NCBI GenBank assembly: GCA_000934665.2
Contig: KZ538707.1
Location: forward strand, 1-52,566
DNA from: Catajapyx aquilonaris
Lineage: Eukaryota
DNA length: 52,566 bases
Reading direction: 5' to 3'
Part shown: positions 11,958 to 22,609 of the stretch, piece by piece
Numbering within the stretch: position 1 is the stretch's first letter
Layout of the letters: the number at the start of each line of letters is the position of its first letter
Program-made: the position numbers and the translations under genes
The notes under the pieces: model-generated
What the model saw: the letters and a program-made list of their open reading frames with translations, nothing else
What the model was told of the DNA's origin: nothing
Database searches by the model: none

Positions 11958-14900
11958 GGTGTCTAGTAGGGAGGGAAAATGTCCTCTCAGTTAATGGATA
12001 CAAAAGTGAGGAAAGGTAGTTTCAGGTTTATACAGAATCTGATAAGATATCAAAATTGTTGATCCACCTGCCAACTTTGGGAGTACATATCAGTAGAGGT
12101 TTGCTTTTTTGGTGACCTTGAAATTGGACCAAGTGTTGGAAGCCCAAATACCAAACTCATAATCTAACCATCCGTGACCCACCAAAGTGTGGTTGCCAAA
12201 AGTTTCCCTACAAGTGTCACAAAAAAAAATTGTAAAAACACTGTTGCCTGTGAGACAGCGAACTTGTTCTGGGTGCAATTGCTTAGCCTTGTAATTTTTG
12301 CATGACATTCTGCATGTGTAACACCTCTGTAACACTTCTGAATTGTAAAGAATTTGCAACATTGACTATCAGCAGCTTCTTTTTGTTCCAGGAAACCAGC
12401 CAGTACATAGATGACTTAATCCTCCCCATTCTGGCATGCTTCTCTGATGCAGATGCACGTGTACGCTACTATGCATGTGAGTCCTTGTACAATGTAGTGA
12501 AAGTTGGCCGAGGATCCACTCTGGCCCACTTCAATGAAGTATTTGGTGCCCTGGGCCGCTTGGCAGCTGATCCAGATCAGCATGTCAAGAATGGATCAGA
12601 GCTCCTCGATCGTCTCATGAAGGACATTGTCACTGAGAGTGCATCCTTTGACCTCGTCGGGTTCATGCCTCTCCTTAGAGAGCGCATCTACACCTCAAAC
12701 CAGTTTGCAAGGCAGTTTCTGATTTCGTGGATAACAGTGCTAGATGCAGTTCCAGATATCAACATGATCATCTTTCTGCCTGATTTCTTGGATGGGCTTT
12801 TTCATATATTAGCAGACCCAACTCGAGAGACCAAGGAAATGTAAGTCCAGTGTGGTTTTGAACATGAATACTCGTTAATTGGTTGCATAATTAAGTGCAG
12901 CTGCCATAAATCTTATTACAGACTCATCTGACCTTTATTATTTCAGGTGTGAGACTGTATTAGGGGAATTCCTTCGCAGCATTACGGAGAACCCTTCCAG
13001 AGTAGATTACGCTGCTATGATCAACATTCTTATAACACATGCTCAATCACAGGATGAGCTGCTCCAATTCACTGCTATTACTTGGATAAGGGAATTCGTG
13101 TCACTCTCCGGAAGAACTATGCTACCATTTACAGCGGGGATTATTACTGCCATCTTGCCTTGTCTTGCCTACGAAGATGATCGGCGGAAGAGTATCCTTT
13201 TTGAATTCTTATCACTTATAATTTGAGAAGGAAGTTATTTTAAAGATCTCACTGTGTTGACCTTTTTTTATTTCTAAATTTTTTTATCATCGCCAGTTTT
13301 GGAATCAGCGCCACAGATATATCCTGAAATAGGTATAACCTTCAAGGCACCAAAAAAAAATCCATTTTGTTCCCCTGTGTAATTTTTGGACCTGTGTTTT
13401 TGGTCAATATCTCGTCAAGGGTGCATGATATCGCAAAAATAACGACATTTCACCCCCAACGGGCCGCAACTTTTCATTCTTAAGCTGGATAAGTCTGCTC
13501 ACACACCAAAAAGCGAAAACCCGGAAGTTGCGTCACTTACGCCCCTGGCGGAGCCTCAAGATATTAACCCACATGACTCAGATTTTTTACCCGTCAAAAG
13601 GATTGCCCAACACAACTTTTTTTCACTAGCGAACTACAACTTTCGAAAAAAAATGTTTTTCGAGCCGCCCTACTGTTCATGCTTCATTACATCATGTAAC
13701 CTTAACTGCAATCAGAACTTCGTGATGCAAGCAAGACTGTGAACTACAACCTCATGAAGTTGGTAACTGTGGAGGATGAACGTGACCTACCAGAGGGATC
13801 CGAGTCGGTTGCTCCCAGTGTCAGTGAAGAGACTCCTGGCGATGGTGATAAAGTGGCAAGAAAGACACCTCCACAACTGGATCTTCCCCCAGTAGTGGAG
13901 GCACTTATTAAGCAGCTACAGCACTCAGCAGTGCCCACAAAAGTAGCTGTTCTGGGCTGGTTCCACCACCTTTTCCTCAACATTCCAAACAAGGTGTTCC
14001 AGCATGTGGATGACATCTTCATGGTACTATTGAAGACGCTTTCTGATCAGTCAGATCAAGTGGTGCTGCAGGCACTAGAGGTTCTCTCTGAAATAGCATC
14101 TTCCTCACCTGGAAAGGAGGTGCATTCCAATCTGGACCCAGGTGACAGTAAGTTTACAAGTCTTATGAAAAGAAATTTTCCTGAAGAAGTTAATAGTTGA
14201 GACACGTTAGTCATGATTGGGTGCAAGTAGATGCACAATCATTTTCTCTCTCTGTTTCAGTGCCGGTGTACCTTAAGGCTGTGATGGATAAAACTCCAAA
14301 CATGAACCCATATTTCACTAAGTTTATGGTAAACCTCCTGGAGAACTTCCGCTCTGACAAGCATCTACTGGAAGAAAGGGGGTCATTTATAGTGCGGCAG
14401 CTATGTGTCCTTCTCAATGCTGAAGATATTTACTGGACATTGAGTGAGATTCTGGCACATGAAGAGGACTGTGCTTTCTGCAGTGTAATGGTGGAGACTC
14501 TCAACACCATATTGCTTACCTCTGCTGAACTCTTTGAGCTCAGGACGCAGCTCAAGGATCTCAGAACTGAGGTGTGAACTGGTTTTGAAGTGATTATCAG
14601 CTTATTCCGACACATTGGTAGTTTTTAAAATAAAGCCCTTTCTTCTTCAGGAAACGTGCTCCTTGTTCTGTTGCTTATACCGTGCATGGTGCCACAATCC
14701 AGTGGCAACTGTGGCTCTCTGCCTCCTCACGCAGAACTATGGGCATGCCTCTGACCTAATACGCACATTGTATCCTTTTGAACGTGATCCTCTCTTACAT
14801 GAGTGAAAGATCTGTACTTAACAGCAACACAGCAGCAACATTGAAGTGACCGTTGACTTCCTCACAGAGATTGACAAACTAGTGCAATTGATGGAGTCGC

Positions 14901-15382
14901 CCATTTTTGCATGTGAGTTCACATCTGATATCTGCTAAATGTAATGTACCTTTCACTGCAGACTTCATGCGTGGAATATTATGTTTAATATTCAATCACG
15001 CCTTTCTTAGACCTCCGTCTGGAGTTGCTTGATGCCCACCACAATCAGCAACTCCTGCATGCCCTCTATGGTCTCTTGATGATTCTACCTCAAAGTGACG
15101 CCTTCCTGCTCCTGAAACGAAGACTGGAATGTGTTCCAGGATTGCATTTCTCCAGTGATAACAAGTGAGTTACAGTTGTTTCAAAATTTTCACACAACTG
15201 ACTGATGTATATTTAACAGACCTTTGTCACAACGGAAAGAAGAACGAAAGTACGTGCAGAAAATTAATTTTCCTGACCTTCTCCAACATTTCCTGTCTGT
15301 CCAAGAACTGCACCGAAGTAAGAAGCAGTCCAGCAGAGCTTCTGGACTGAAAGCCAAAAGTTTCCGCAACATGGACCTGTGA
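10828..15382 (+). CDS. VAC14: Protein VAC14 homolog (PIKfyve/FIG4 scaffold, HEAT repeats)
   Basis: Exons 10828-10928, 11193-11343, 12392-12840, 12947-13191, 13716-14147, 14261-14571, 14651-14769, 14833-14912, 15011-15164, 15220-15382 sum to 2205 nt (734 aa + TGA) in one frame. Diagnostic motifs: [94 protein letters not shown]. Confidence 0.97.
11728..11912. mobile_element. Tc1/mariner (pogo/Tigger-like) MITE in VAC14 intron 2
   Basis: TA|CAGTGAAACCTG...CAGGTTTCTCTG|TA: terminal inverted repeats (11/12, further GGACCCT/AGGGTCC pairing) with TA target duplication, 185 bp, no ORF. Confidence 0.75.
11925..11951. repeat. (AAT)9 microsatellite
   Basis: Direct reading of the sequence. Confidence 0.9.
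13192..13715 (+). other. U12-type (minor spliceosome) GT-AG intron, VAC14 intron 4
   Basis: 5' splice site GTATCCTTTT at 13192, branch site CCTTAAC at 13700-13706 ending 9 nt before the intron end (AG 13714-13715), no polypyrimidine tract. Splicing restores the frame (…[22 protein letters not shown]). Confidence 0.92.
13260..13675. mobile_element. Probable DNA-transposon-derived insertion inside the VAC14 U12 intron
   Basis: CpG-retaining segment with A/T runs inside a CpG-depleted gene body, ending in a TIR-like TTTTTCGAGCCGCCCTA. The matching left end was not found. Confidence 0.4.
14770..14832 (+). other. U12-type GT-AG intron, VAC14 intron 7 (63 nt)
   Basis: 5' splice site GTATCCTTTT at 14770, branch-like TACTTAAC at 14815-14822, AG at 14831-14832, no pyrimidine tract. 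Splicing gives [16 protein letters not shown]. Confidence 0.88.
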
Positions 15383-16426
15383 TGGTATTGTATTGTGTGC
15401 TAGGCATACCAAAAAATATATTTACATTTTAAATGCCCTTGTTTTGCTTTGTGAATGGTGTGAATAAGTGACAAATTTATGTAAATAACAAAAAAAGAAC
15501 CCAGTATATTTTCCCCTACTATTTACAAGCACCTTTGAGCTTCATAATACATGTCATAATACACATAAAAATATTACCACCAAGAAGTGGGTAGTTCATG
15601 CACAATCGTTTGCGTCACTTTACTGTTGGAATCGTGTATGATATTCTGTATATTGGTATTTAAGAATTATTATTGAACTGTACCAAGGAAATGAAACCAA
15701 CCTCTGTTACATTGAAATGTAGTGGCACTTTGAAGTTCTCTGGTAAGCTACGAGGCTTATTGCACACGTGCCAAAGAGTATGTGAGGTACTGTCATGTGA
15801 AAAATCCAAAGACATTCCATGAAATGTTATGATTGTGCTCCAGCATTATGGTTGAAATATGACAGGATTACGCAGTATTTGTGTTGGAGCAGAGATCACT
15901 CTGGAATTCCAGTGAAGTCATTAAACCCTTTGATGATGGAATGTCCTCCTTTTGACAGTAACACTGCAGTCATGCATTCTTTCTTCATAAACTCAGTGTT
16001 ATGAAATTGATTGCACATACTAACGCAAAATAATTGTGACCCTTCCAGCAGCTGTGCCCTGTGGCTTAACAGGGAGCTTGAGGACAATAACATAGTGCCA
16101 TTTCAGTTATAACAGGGTTGGTTTATATACCCATGGCTCAGTTGTAGTCATCTTCATTCCATTTTACACCACAACAATGATCCTCGATCTTAATGGAAAT
16201 TAGGAGCATAGTTCTTTGCAACCCTGAGAAGAAAGTGAAACGTTTGGATGCCTTATGTAAGAAACAATTTTAAAATTGAGAGTAAAAATATTTCAGCCCT
16301 GCTTTTAATTAAAATTTCTTCCTTACCAAATACTTTTCAGTAGTATTTACAATCCCTCAGTTCAAGCAAAGGAATAGAAATGGGCCACAAATTTTTTGTA
16401 CGAACGACGTCACATTGTTACACAAT

Positions 16427-16690
16427 GCATCATGGTGGTGTAGTGGTCAGAGCATTAGCCTTCCACTGCTCAGGTCCTGAATTTAATCCCTGGAGTGGAA
16501 GAAGAATTTCTCATCTGGGAAAAGTTTCAATGGCTTCTGTCCATGTTTTCCTGGGTTTTCTCAGAGTTCCACTTCCCTTCCACAACCAAAATCAACCATG
16601 GTGCAGTCAATGATTAAAAGACAGGTCTATAAAAGAAGATCCCATAAAAGGCCCCAAATAAGCCTATCAGGGGTATGCAGTTATTATTAT
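16427..16690 (+). mobile_element. tRNA-derived SINE between the convergent 3' ends of VAC14 and IKKepsilon
   Basis: A-box TGGTGTAGTGG (~16436), decayed B-box GAATTTAATCCC, central GGGTTTTCTCAGAGTTCC motif, 3' stem-loop and (TTA)n tail. Confidence 0.7.
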
Positions 16691-16820
16691 CTGGTGCGAT
16701 TTTCCTTCACGTGGAAAAAAATACTTTCGAAATAAAAGATGGTATTTTTCTAGATCAAATTAGAAAATTATCACAAAAGATGGGATTGCCATACTGCTTG
16801 AGTACTGAAGTAAAGTTTCT

Positions 16821-19800
16821 TTAACTGCAGTCACGCTTGGCATCACTTGGTACCAAGGTGAGAGTGAGCTTTTGAAACTGATTCACTAGCTCACTGTTTT
16901 CTTTCAGAATGTTCCAAACCTCTTCCTGCACATCAGAGAGCTCCTTCAGGCTGCTGTGGAAACTCTTGGCCAGGTCCTTCTTCTTGCCACTCCCGCCAAT
17001 GCTACTCCGTCGGCGTACTTCCTCGTTGCTGCTGGAAACCCTGGTTGTATCCAGGTCCTCTTGGAGGTCACACACACCATGTTCATACTCATCTTGCACA
17101 ATGTCTAGTGAAGACTCAAATGATTTCTGATTATCTGCGTAGATGGCAATATCCTTCTCAAGAATTTCAGCCTGCAGAAAGACAGCCTGAGCCATCTTGT
17201 ACCAGTCAGCTAAGGCTTCTGCCAACTGGCCTGTACTTGCTCGACACTCAGTCACAAGCTGGCGTAAGTCTCCACCCACCTTTGCCATCTTGATCTTTTC
17301 CAGCATATGAAACTGCTCGTCATTGTATGTCAAGGTGCGGGAAGCCTTGTCCCGGAGAAGGTGCTGCCAGGAGTCACGTAGTTTACGGACAAAAGTGGCT
17401 GCCTTGCAAGGGGATGAAGATATGTCAGGAACATCGCTTTTTGCTGATTCCCATTCTGTTGTTAGAACCTGCAAATGTACAAAACAATGGATTAGAGAAT
17501 ATTCTACTGTAGGTTGATGTAGTTTTCAATGGCAAGGGTAAATCCAAGGGGGTAGTCACTTCCGAGGCTGGGGTACACCCTCACTAGTTACCTGAGGAGT
17601 GTTGGGGTGGGCCGTGGAGAGCTGGGGCAAAACGGGCCTTTGTCCCTCATCATATGATGTAGTTTGCCTTCGGCGGCCTCCTCGGCCCACTCTGGCTCAC
17701 CAGTGAAGGTGTACACCAGCTCTCCGAAGTGACTACCCCCTTGCTCAAGACCATCCTGAACTAACCATCATAAAAGTTGTCACATACCTGATCACGTATG
17801 TACCGCTGATGCAACTGCTGTATTGCAGGCACCAGTGTGGATAATTGCTGGTTGAGGGTCCCATATTCGATTTGCTTGTCCAAGGCAGGGTGCAGTTGCC
17901 TATGTAGCTCCTCTGTAAGGGCTGGAAAGGCACGCCCTAGGAGTGCAGCACTGGTCTTCTGGCAGGCTAGAAGGGCTTGCAAGCGTTGTCCAAGGCAGCG
18001 TGTCACACACCTCTCGTGCTCACTCTTGGCATACACTTGGCGCAGCAAGGTGGTCACCACCTGGACTAAGGTGTGCTGGGAATGTACAACCAGGGCTGTG
18101 GCTGTGGCCAAGCGCTCCACTGTCCTCTTGTGGACATGGGCCACGCTGCAAGCCAGTTTGGCAAGGCTGGCATCGTTCTCCACTGCTGTGTGTTGTGGGA
18201 AGGTTGGGAACTTGGGTGCATCTGGCATGCCAGTGTCTGGGGTCTCCAGAAGTACGTTGTTGTTCTCCCTATGGAACAGGACAATTGGATCAGAGGGAGT
18301 GGTTTCAGGTATGGGGCTGTCTTCTCTCAAGGCTGACTCGCGGAACAGGAGAACTTGGTTAGTTGGTGCAATGTCAGTTTGCTCGAGGACCAGGCATTGC
18401 AGCTCACGGTAGCCATCACTGTTGTGGGTGTACACCGACAAGGGTGCCAGCTTGTTCACGTAGAAGATGCGGACAGCCTTTTTTGACAGCACAGCCAGAA
18501 CCTAGTGTGAACAATATTTGGATATACAAAATGCAGAAAGGCATGTAAAATTGTAAAGATTGCTTAGAATCAGCAGAACTCCAGACACTGACAATATCCA
18601 AGTAAAACACAAGCACTTAACTTGCCCACTGCCAATTGATATATAAACCATATTCAGACTATTCGTTTGAAGTTTGCTGCAGGCAGTCATTTCAAGTTAT
18701 TTGAAATGCATTGTACAACCAGTATTAACTCCATGCAACCAAAACTACCTCCGATCCATGTCAGGGGAAATGTCATTTGAAGCCCTGATGGCAAGGCATG
18801 AGCAAATTCCTTCCACAGAGTGAACTCTTTCACTCCCCTAAGGACCAACTTTACTCAGAAGGACCAACTTAATTTCCACTAATGTAAGAACCTCAGCTAA
18901 TTTATGCACCATACAGTCCATACTGGATAATAGAAAAAGCATGCAAATTCAGCTGGAGTAGAAGAAAAATTCTCATTGTGAAATGCAAGACATGGGACAC
19001 TGCAAACCTCATTGAAGAACATGTCAAATGTCCACATCTTGTGCGGGTCAACCTCCAGTAGGCCTCCCAACAGTGGTGTGACCAAGGCAGCCAGTCCTAC
19101 ACTCAGCTGGCAGGTGCGAGGCAGGTCCCGACTCCACTCAATGGCACCATTTTCTGCCAACTGCGTCCCAGCAATAACACCCGATGCCTTCTTGGTTGTG
19201 ATGTAATACATGGTCTCCTTATTTCGACGCCCACCATACGGCCTGAATGGCAAGTTACCAGTCGCCACGTGATAGAGAGTTACTCCAATGGACCACAAGT
19301 CAACAGTGGCGCTGAATGATTTCCCAACTGTCTTGCGCAGTACAGCACGCTCGTACATGTCAGGATGCAAGTATTCCTCGGTTCCATAGAGCGACATGAA
19401 CTCCTGGTCCTCATGAAGCTCCCGAGCAGCACCAAAGTCAGTCAGCTTGTATATAGTTGATCCGTCATCGGCTATGAATTTCATTATGTTACCAGGTTTC
19501 AGATCACGATGAACCAAGTTGTTGTCCCTCAAATGCTTCATACCAGCTGACAAATGCTTTAAAACCAGCAGAAACTCATCTTCTTGCAGACCATATGCAT
19601 TTTCTGGGTCATCCAGGATGTTAAATAAGCTTCCACCAGTACAGAGCTCCATGACTATCACCTTTCCCTTCCCATCTTGTTCTTCTTCAATTGCCAAAAG
19701 CTTGACTATATTCTCATGCTTCACCTTCTTGAGCACCTCGAACTCGCGCATCTGGACTTCAGGCGGCCGCATGTGGCTGAGTTGGTTAAAAGTCTTGACT

Positions 19801-19916
19801 GCGACAGGCTCCCCATCATGCTTGCTGACCCCCTGGAACACCGCTCCGGTAGCACCCTTCCCCAGCACACCCGTGGTGCACCAGACGTAATTGGTTGACC
19901 CACGAAGGAATGACAT
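16821..19916 (-). CDS. TBK1: Non-canonical IkB kinase IKKepsilon/TBK1 (ik2 ortholog): kinase domain, ubiquitin-like domain, scaffold/coiled coil
   Basis: Phase-0 exons 19916-19008, 18501-17788 and 17468-16821 give 756 aa. Motifs: LGKGATGAV, VAVKTFN, HRDLKPGNIM, DFGAAREL, activation loop FMSLYGTEEYLHPDMYERAVLR. The N-terminus MSFLRGSTNYVWCTT resembles insect ik2. The single invertebrate gene is co-orthologous to TBK1 and IKBKE. Confidence 0.96.
17545..17743. repeat. ~200-bp GC-rich fold-back (long inverted repeat) in IKKepsilon intron
   Basis: CAAGGGGGTAGTCACTTC (17545-17562) is the exact reverse complement of 17726-17743, and pairing continues with few mismatches through most of both arms. 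Confidence 0.85.
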
Positions 19917-20329
19917 TGTTGAAAAAGTGTATTAACCCCCCCTTCTTGCTGGTGTAGTTGTCACGTCATTAAATCTGAAATGGAAATGTTCAATTTAGAG
20001 CCAGCAGCCTATGGTCAACATGACCTTTTGTCGAACTTGTCCGCTGCGACAAGGCTGCAGCCTGACATCATGCCTTTGCCAGTGTTTCATCATCTAATTG
20101 CCAATTTTAACTCAAAATAACCTCACCTCCACAGTGCACATCCAAACCCAGTCACACACCCACAGTCACATGATAATCACCCGTCACACCCACGCACTTA
20201 AGAATCCAGATAGAAATTCCCCTCAAGATAACTACAGTGCATGTGCTAACAGAACAACTGCTGACGTCCCCCCCTCAAAATTGCCTAGTTTTTTTTTTCT
20301 TCTTCCACGGGGATTAGAGCTGGCCTCAC

Positions 20330-20430
20330 CTTAGCAGGAGAGAAATAATCCGCGAAAGAAGCAGTGCAAAAAAGTCTTTCCGCTCAGTCGTGCACGGCCC
20401 CGGAAAAGGCGGCTGCTGCTGCTGCCTAGT
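20330..20430 (-). other. Probable non-coding first exon of IKKepsilon/TBK1
   Basis: Minus-strand donor AAG|GTGAGG at 20329 and acceptor CATTTCCATTTCAG at 19975-19976, 58 nt above the ATG. The 5' end of the exon is approximate. Confidence 0.5.
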
Positions 20431-21460
20431 TGCTTTCCAAACGCGACGTCATCCCCCACCCTTCAGAAGCTGTAGCACCCAAGCTGTGCATATGTGTATG
20501 TAGGGAGCGGTAGAGAAAAAGGAGAGAAAGAAATGAAAAAAAAGGGCCGACACGCTTTGGAGAGTAAAGAGCACGCACCCTCCTCCTGCCTGCTACTACT
20601 GGGGAGGGACTTATCCGCATTTTTATTAAGTGGTACAGCAGGGAATTACCGCCATTGCGATAATTAGCAAAATTTGCATATTTAACTATTCGAACGTATT
20701 CGAAGGATGTTCATTGCTATTTTAAGCGGGCATTGTTGCCAAAATTCCCTTTGTTTTGGGTTGTGTTTCAGTCCGTGGTGGATAGATAGCGCTGTATGGA
20801 CGTCGCTCGTAACACACTGAGATAACAGATGGCGCTATAATGCTTCATTTGTGTGTCCGCAAACCAGCCGTTATTTTAACGGATTATTTAATCGGTTGCA
20901 TCATGCCTGGTTTTTAAATACTCAACCGGTTTTAAATGGCAAGTCCGGTATTTAAACTGTGGATGTCAACATGGGCTGTGATTGGCTAGTTTGGAGCACG
21001 TGACTTTCTATTGGTGGCAGGAGTTGGGGGGGGGGGGGNGAAGAGTGGAGGGGGCTTAAAAAAAAAAACCTAGGGAGGCACAGTCAAGAGAAGGGTTCGG
21101 CTTGGTCGGGTGTGCGGGGCTGCCTCTCTCTCTCTCTACAGAACAGCTTGTTTTTGGAAGGGAAGGAGCAGACGGGGACGGAGAGGACAACGGAGGTACG
21201 GTACAGGGTTTGGAGGAGACGGACGGGGGTGACAAAGAGTGGGGATCAAAACGATGGCTTCCCCCCCCACTCACTGGCGCGGTTAGAGGTGGGAGGATCA
21301 TTGATTCTTTGGGAAGCGGGGAGCCCAGGCAGAGAGGGGAGAGCGGGGTGTATATAGGGAAACACAGGCGGGCCTCCCCCACCGAAAACCCACCCCCATA
21401 CAGCTACCCATATTTTGAAAGAAGAAAAAAAAAAGAGGAAGAGGAAGGAAATGTTGAGTA
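20400..21460. promoter_or_regulatory. Divergent promoter region, IKKepsilon/TBK1 (-) / MTSS1 (+)
   Basis: CpG-rich. CRE-like GACGTCA (~20445), octamer ATTTGCAT (~20672), CCAAT boxes (reverse, ~20981 and ~21010) flanking CACGTGAC (20997-21004). Possible MTSS1 non-coding exon ending at donor TTGA|GTAATC (21457) and acceptor CCCAACAG at 22325. Confidence 0.55.
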
Positions 21461-22609
21461 ATCGTTACTCAACTTGCGAGGGGTCGGTGGGCTTGTAAGG
21501 TCAGCGCCAATGGTGTTGAGTAGAGTATAACGGGGGCGGGGGTTGAGGCACAGACAGGTACAGGTTTAGAAAATAAGTACCGTACATTTGTTGGGAAGAG
21601 AGCATGTGACAGTGGCGGTACTAGGGGAAACTGGCTTACAGCATTTGAATTCCACCCTTGAGAGCAAAGGTGGACTTGCCCTACATAGATCATGGAGGTG
21701 TGCATAGGTTGGGCTGAAGTGAGGTAATTTGTACGTATAGGACACTTTAGGTGGGACTGAAGAATTGGCATGATATCACCATTTACAATTATTGTGTGTC
21801 ATTGCGGACCGCCCTGATGCTGACGTCCAATAACCCTGAGGTGTTGATGTATGTGCATTTAATTTGCATGGGTAATGCGGTGTTTTGAAAGTACTGCGGT
21901 GTCGGTGCAGTTTCATGCTGTGGTGTAAAATATGGCATCCTGTGCTATGCATTATCAGAGGATGGCCTAATCTTGAATTAAAGGCGTGTGCTGGATGTTG
22001 TTTTCTTTGGTGCAGTGGTTTTCCTGTTATGCGCATCAGGAAGGACTGCGGTTGTTACAGCAGCATCTGAAATAACCGCTCCTTGCAGTATGACATGTTT
22101 TATAAAGTCCTTGACACTACTTTTATGCATTGGTAGGGTGTCATACAGGGACTGTGGGGACAACAACAAGGTTATCATGGGTCAATCAATTAGGATTGTT
22201 TACCACAGGGAGGATCAAACTTGGCATGCTTATGTGTACACAGTAGCGTCCTCACAACCTCCCAAGAATTTTATTTATCAACTTGAGTATGCTGAACATC
22301 CCACATTCTAATCTTTGCCCAACAGTAGTGAGTGACACATTGGGGACCCTGCACTGACAAGGCATTTCATTCTTTCCAGAAAGTCCAGTGAGGAGGTCAA
22401 GCTAGGATTACCCATGCTAAAGTGAACACTGGAGGAAGACCAGACAATAATGTGACACTGTTGGGATCGATAGGGACTGTGTGAGGGGGTGCGAAAGTGC
22501 AATGTCTGTGGAACAGCAGTAGCTGTGCAGATCCCTTTGAAGTGCTGACGGCAAGAGTTTTTGTGAAATAGAAGCGATTAGACCGGCCCCAGTTCAAGTG
22601 AAGGCAACC

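Noticed and set aside
16430..16500. tRNA gene
   Set aside because: B-box and stems are decayed and it runs into a SINE body and tail, so it is treated as a SINE head.
17837..19890. Plus-strand ORFs overlapping the kinase gene
   Set aside because: Antisense shadows of real coding exons.
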